Below are positions 56,960-59,830 of a stretch of 59,830 bases of DNA, piece by piece. The stretch lies in the NCBI GenBank assembly GCA_903889915.1, contig CAISZK010000133.1, positions 1 through 59,830 on the forward strand. Reading direction: 5' to 3'. Numbering within the stretch: the first letter of the stretch is position 1; every line of letters begins with the position of its first letter. The translations under genes and the position numbers were made by a program. The notes beneath the pieces were generated by a model. It did not search any database, was not told the DNA's origin, and saw only the letters and a program-made list of their open reading frames with translations. The DNA comes from an uncultured Bacteroidota bacterium (lineage in GTDB: Bacteria; Bacteroidota; Bacteroidia; Bacteroidales; CG2-30-32-10).

Positions 56960-58260
56960 TGATGAAAAACAGAAATACATTAAGTGAAGGTCAGAAAAAA
57001 GCGCTGGACAAATTATCATCCCGCCTCGACGGGAAGCTTCTTTCCTCTCTGAACAGTTGCGTTCATTGCGGTCTTTGTGCCGAAACATGTCATTATTATT
57101 TGAGCGAACAAAAGACCAATTACATTCCCGGCAGGAAGATTGATGCCATTGCTGCTGTTTACAGACGATATCACACGCCGGCAGGAAAATATTTCCCGAA
57201 ACTGACAGGTGCAAAGGATTTCGATGAACAGACAATTGAAGAACTCACCGACCTTGCCTTTGGTTCCTGTACCATGTGTGGTCGCTGCACCATGCATTGC
57301 TCTATTGGAATTGACATTGCTTTCCTTATCCGCACAGCCCGTTCCATGCTGGTTGAAGTACAGAAAGTGCCCAAAGGACTTCTTTCAACTGCAACAATGG
57401 CTCTTGAAACAGGCAATAATATGGGGATACTTCGCGAAGATATCATTGACACATTGAAATGGCTCGAAGAAGATTTGCAAATGGAAGTGAATGATACGGA
57501 AGCTGCTATCCCGCTGGATAAAGAAGGAGCCAACATTCTATATACGCTGAACCCTCGAGAACCCAAATTCTTTCCTCTTTCGATAAGCGCTGTCGCTAAA
57601 ATATTTTATGCTGCCAAAGAAAGCTGGACATTGTCAACGAATGTTTATGATGTTACAAACTATCCTTATTTCGCAGGCGATGATGAGGGCGCGGCTGAAC
57701 TTACCAAAAGGATGTTTGATGAAATTGTAAAATTGCATCCGCGCAAACTGGCGCTTGCCGAGTGCGGGCATGGTTTCAGGGCTTTCAGATGGGAAGGTCC
57801 TCGATGGATAGGGAAAAACTATTCTGCCGAATCTTTATCCATCCTCGAAATTATTGCTGATTACATCAGGAACGACAGGATAAAACTTTATCCTTCAAAA
57901 AACCAAAAACTCACCACACTTCATGATCCATGTAATCTGGTAAGGAATGGCGGCGTAATTGAAGAGCAACGCTACATTCTTAAACATGCGGTCACCAATT
58001 TTGTTGAAATGACTCCCAACCGCGCCGACAATTATTGTTGTGGCGGTGGTGGCGGCATGCTTTCCATGGGAGAATATGCTGAACGCAGAATCAAAGCTGG
58101 AAAAATTAAAGCCGAACAGATACGCAAAACAGGCGCAAAAGTCGTTGCAACTCCCTGCCACAATTGCATTGACCAACTCATGGAACTAAACCGCGAATAT
58201 AATCTTGGAGTTGAAATAAAAACGGTGAGTGAGATCGTGGCGGATGCGGTGGTGGTTTGA
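56959..58260 (+). CDS. DsrK/HdrD-like (Fe-S)-binding CCG-domain oxidoreductase
   Basis: CVHCGLCAETC, CTMCGRCTMHC, ECGH, HDPC, CCGGGGG, PCHNC. Confidence 0.85.
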   Translation: MMKNRNTLSEGQKKALDKLSSRLDGKLLSSLNSCVHCGLCAETCHYYLSEQKTNYIPGRKIDAIAAVYRRYHTPAGKYFPKLTGAKDFDEQTIEELTDLAFGSCTMCGRCTMHCSIGIDIAFLIRTARSMLVEVQKVPKGLLSTATMALETGNNMGILREDIIDTLKWLEEDLQMEVNDTEAAIPLDKEGANILYTLNPREPKFFPLSISAVAKIFYAAKESWTLSTNVYDVTNYPYFAGDDEGAAELTKRMFDEIVKLHPRKLALAECGHGFRAFRWEGPRWIGKNYSAESLSILEIIADYIRNDRIKLYPSKNQKLTTLHDPCNLVRNGGVIEEQRYILKHAVTNFVEMTPNRADNYCCGGGGGMLSMGEYAERRIKAGKIKAEQIRKTGAKVVATPCHNCIDQLMELNREYNLGVEIKTVSEIVADAVVV

Positions 58261-58304
58261 AGTTTGTAAAGTTTGTAAAGTTTGTAAGGTTTGTAAGGTT
58301 CAAA
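58259..58304. repeat. 9-bp tandem repeat (AAGTTTGTA)
   Basis: gaagtttgtaaagtttgtaaagtttgtaaggtttgtaagg. Confidence 0.75.
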
Positions 58305-58426
58305 GTTAGGTTGAGTTTTACATTTTATATTTTCCAATTTCATCTCACTTATCTCCCGGTTTATTTTCCCCTTACACACCCTCATTCTCCCCTGATAGCG
58401 CTCGTCAAAAAGTTCGCGCTCTGTCT

Positions 58427-58522
58427 CCCGACGAGTGTGAGCCGCCGGAACGGATTTAATTAATCCGTTCAGTTTTACTATAAGGATTTGTAATCCGACA
58501 GTAATTGGTAGCCCGACGAGTG
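58427..58522. repeat. Palindrome cluster bounded by an 11-bp direct repeat
   Basis: cccgacgagtg at 58427 and 58512 flank gaacggatttaattaatccgttc and ggatttgtaatcc. Confidence 0.55.
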
Positions 58523-58539
58523 CGCATGGAATAATATTA

Positions 58540-59127
58540 TTACCACAATCCTAAATCATCAAAATTTATTCTATCCTCAAATATTTCTTTCAGTGTACAC
58601 AAAATTTTCAGATTCAAATTTCTCAAATATCCCTCATCGAGTTCCATGATAGTTGCAATATCTGCCCAATGCAAATGTTCAAAATACCTGAGTTCAATTA
58701 TTTTTCTATCCCTCGGGGATAAAATTTTCAGCATATTTTGAACGTATTTTTTTCTGAAATTATTTTCTTCAATGTTTTCTAAAGATTTTACATCTGCAAT
58801 AATATCGTTTAAATTATTTTCAAGTTTTTCAAGCCTGAGTTTAGATTTGATTATATTTATCAGTTTGTTTCTGGCAACACGAAAAATGTAGGTTTCAAGC
58901 GAGCTTGTCAATATGAAATCCATGTCGCTTATTATTTTAATATAAGTTTCCTCCACTGCTTTGGAAAACGCATCTCTGGCATCTTCAATTTGACAGTTGC
59001 ACGTTATTACATAAAGGTAAATGAATGAGTGAAGAAATTTGCCGTAAATGGTCTCCAGCAAATCTTTGTCTCCTGCCCTGAAAAGACTGACTTGTCTTTG
59101 TCTTTCTGAATTTTCATCTGTTTCCAT
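58540..59127 (-). CDS. ECF sigma-70 family factor
   Basis: DARDAF...ETYIFRVARNK region 2; LSPRDRKIIELRYFE...IATIM region 4. Confidence 0.8.
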   Translation of the reverse strand: METDENSERQRQVSLFRAGDKDLLETIYGKFLHSFIYLYVITCNCQIEDARDAFSKAVEETYIKIISDMDFILTSSLETYIFRVARNKLINIIKSKLRLEKLENNLNDIIADVKSLENIEENNFRKKYVQNMLKILSPRDRKIIELRYFEHLHWADIATIMELDEGYLRNLNLKILCTLKEIFEDRINFDDLGLW

Positions 59128-59830
59128 AATCTTTAATTTTTTACAAAGAGTTCCTAAGCGAATAAATACGCCGGAGTACTTTGGTGGTTTAATAATTTTA
59201 AAATTATGGGTAGATGGTGTTACATGGGCGTGGGGTTTGAAGGGTTTAAGGGTTTGAAATGATTAATTGTTTAATTGTTCTACTATTTAATTGTTCTATT
59301 GTTATTTTAACAGCCATTTAGCATTGCAACAATTCAACAATGCAGCGATGCAACAATCTGCCATACGGCTATACAACATTTTTTATGACTATTTTCTGTA
59401 ATAACGTTGAAATTTTAAAATTATTGTGTTATCTTAAAATTAATTTTCCTTTATGTAACAAGATAGATTTTAACAATTTTTTTTAAACTTTTTTTCAAGG
59501 GTCTTTTTGACTATATCACAACGGCTATATTAAATTTTATTTCAATAAGTTGAACAATAAATTTTTCTTATGCCAAAATCTTGAAAACTTCAATTTTTGG
59601 AAATTTTTATTAGAAAAAAAAGTGACATTTTCATTTCTCAATTGATAGTATGTAAAAAGGGGTCAAAACAAAGTATGTAAAAAAATGGCGAATGTTGGAA
59701 AAAAGACAATAGTCAAAAGTAAATTTAAAAAGATGTTAGATGTTAGATGTTGGATGTTGGAATGAAAAAATGAAAAAAATTAAAAAAGTCTGTGATTTTA
59801 GAAAATATTAAACGGGGATGGGTTAGAGAA

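Noticed and set aside
42836-58260. Canonical dissimilatory sulfate reduction or methanogen Hdr
   Set aside because: No sat, aprAB, dsrAB or hdrB in the window; they cannot be excluded elsewhere in the genome.
58257-58463. ORF beginning MKFVKFVKFVRFVRF
   Set aside because: Translation of a 9-bp tandem repeat.

Overview
AT-rich chromosomal segment from a Bacteroidota genome, probably an anaerobic Bacteroidales. This is supported by T9SS C-terminal domains, TAnnTTTG -7 promoter motifs and A-rich translation starts without Shine-Dalgarno sequences. The left part holds ppx, ppk1, sixA and glyA, interrupted by two four-helix-bundle genes each enclosed by inverted heptamer arrays, followed by secreted proteins, ion transporters and an OmpR-type two-component system. 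From about 26 to 58 kb is a large sulfur/thiol-redox region: TauE, DsrE, OsmC, HdrC-like, a PLP trans-sulfuration enzyme, NifX-like proteins, a Trx-TrxR fusion, a radical SAM/SPASM enzyme, an ArsM-like methyltransferase, QmoC/HdrA/HdrL/MvhD-like genes with TusA and DsrE2, two Crp/Fnr regulators, a cysteine desulfurase and DsrC/DsrM/DsrK-like genes. It is interrupted by an MmeI-like restriction-modification gene and by an ATPase + TOPRIM-like cassette inserted with a 111-bp duplication of a crp 3' end. The top observation is an unannotated Cys-rich peptide gene (MKSLIRKKTEIVKLTKVKVAQCCAKISKMRPGCHD, 40863-40971, minus strand) just upstream of the radical SAM/SPASM gene, hidden by one extra A in an A9 run; it is a candidate RiPP precursor. 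All family calls come from motif recognition by eye; no database searches were run.
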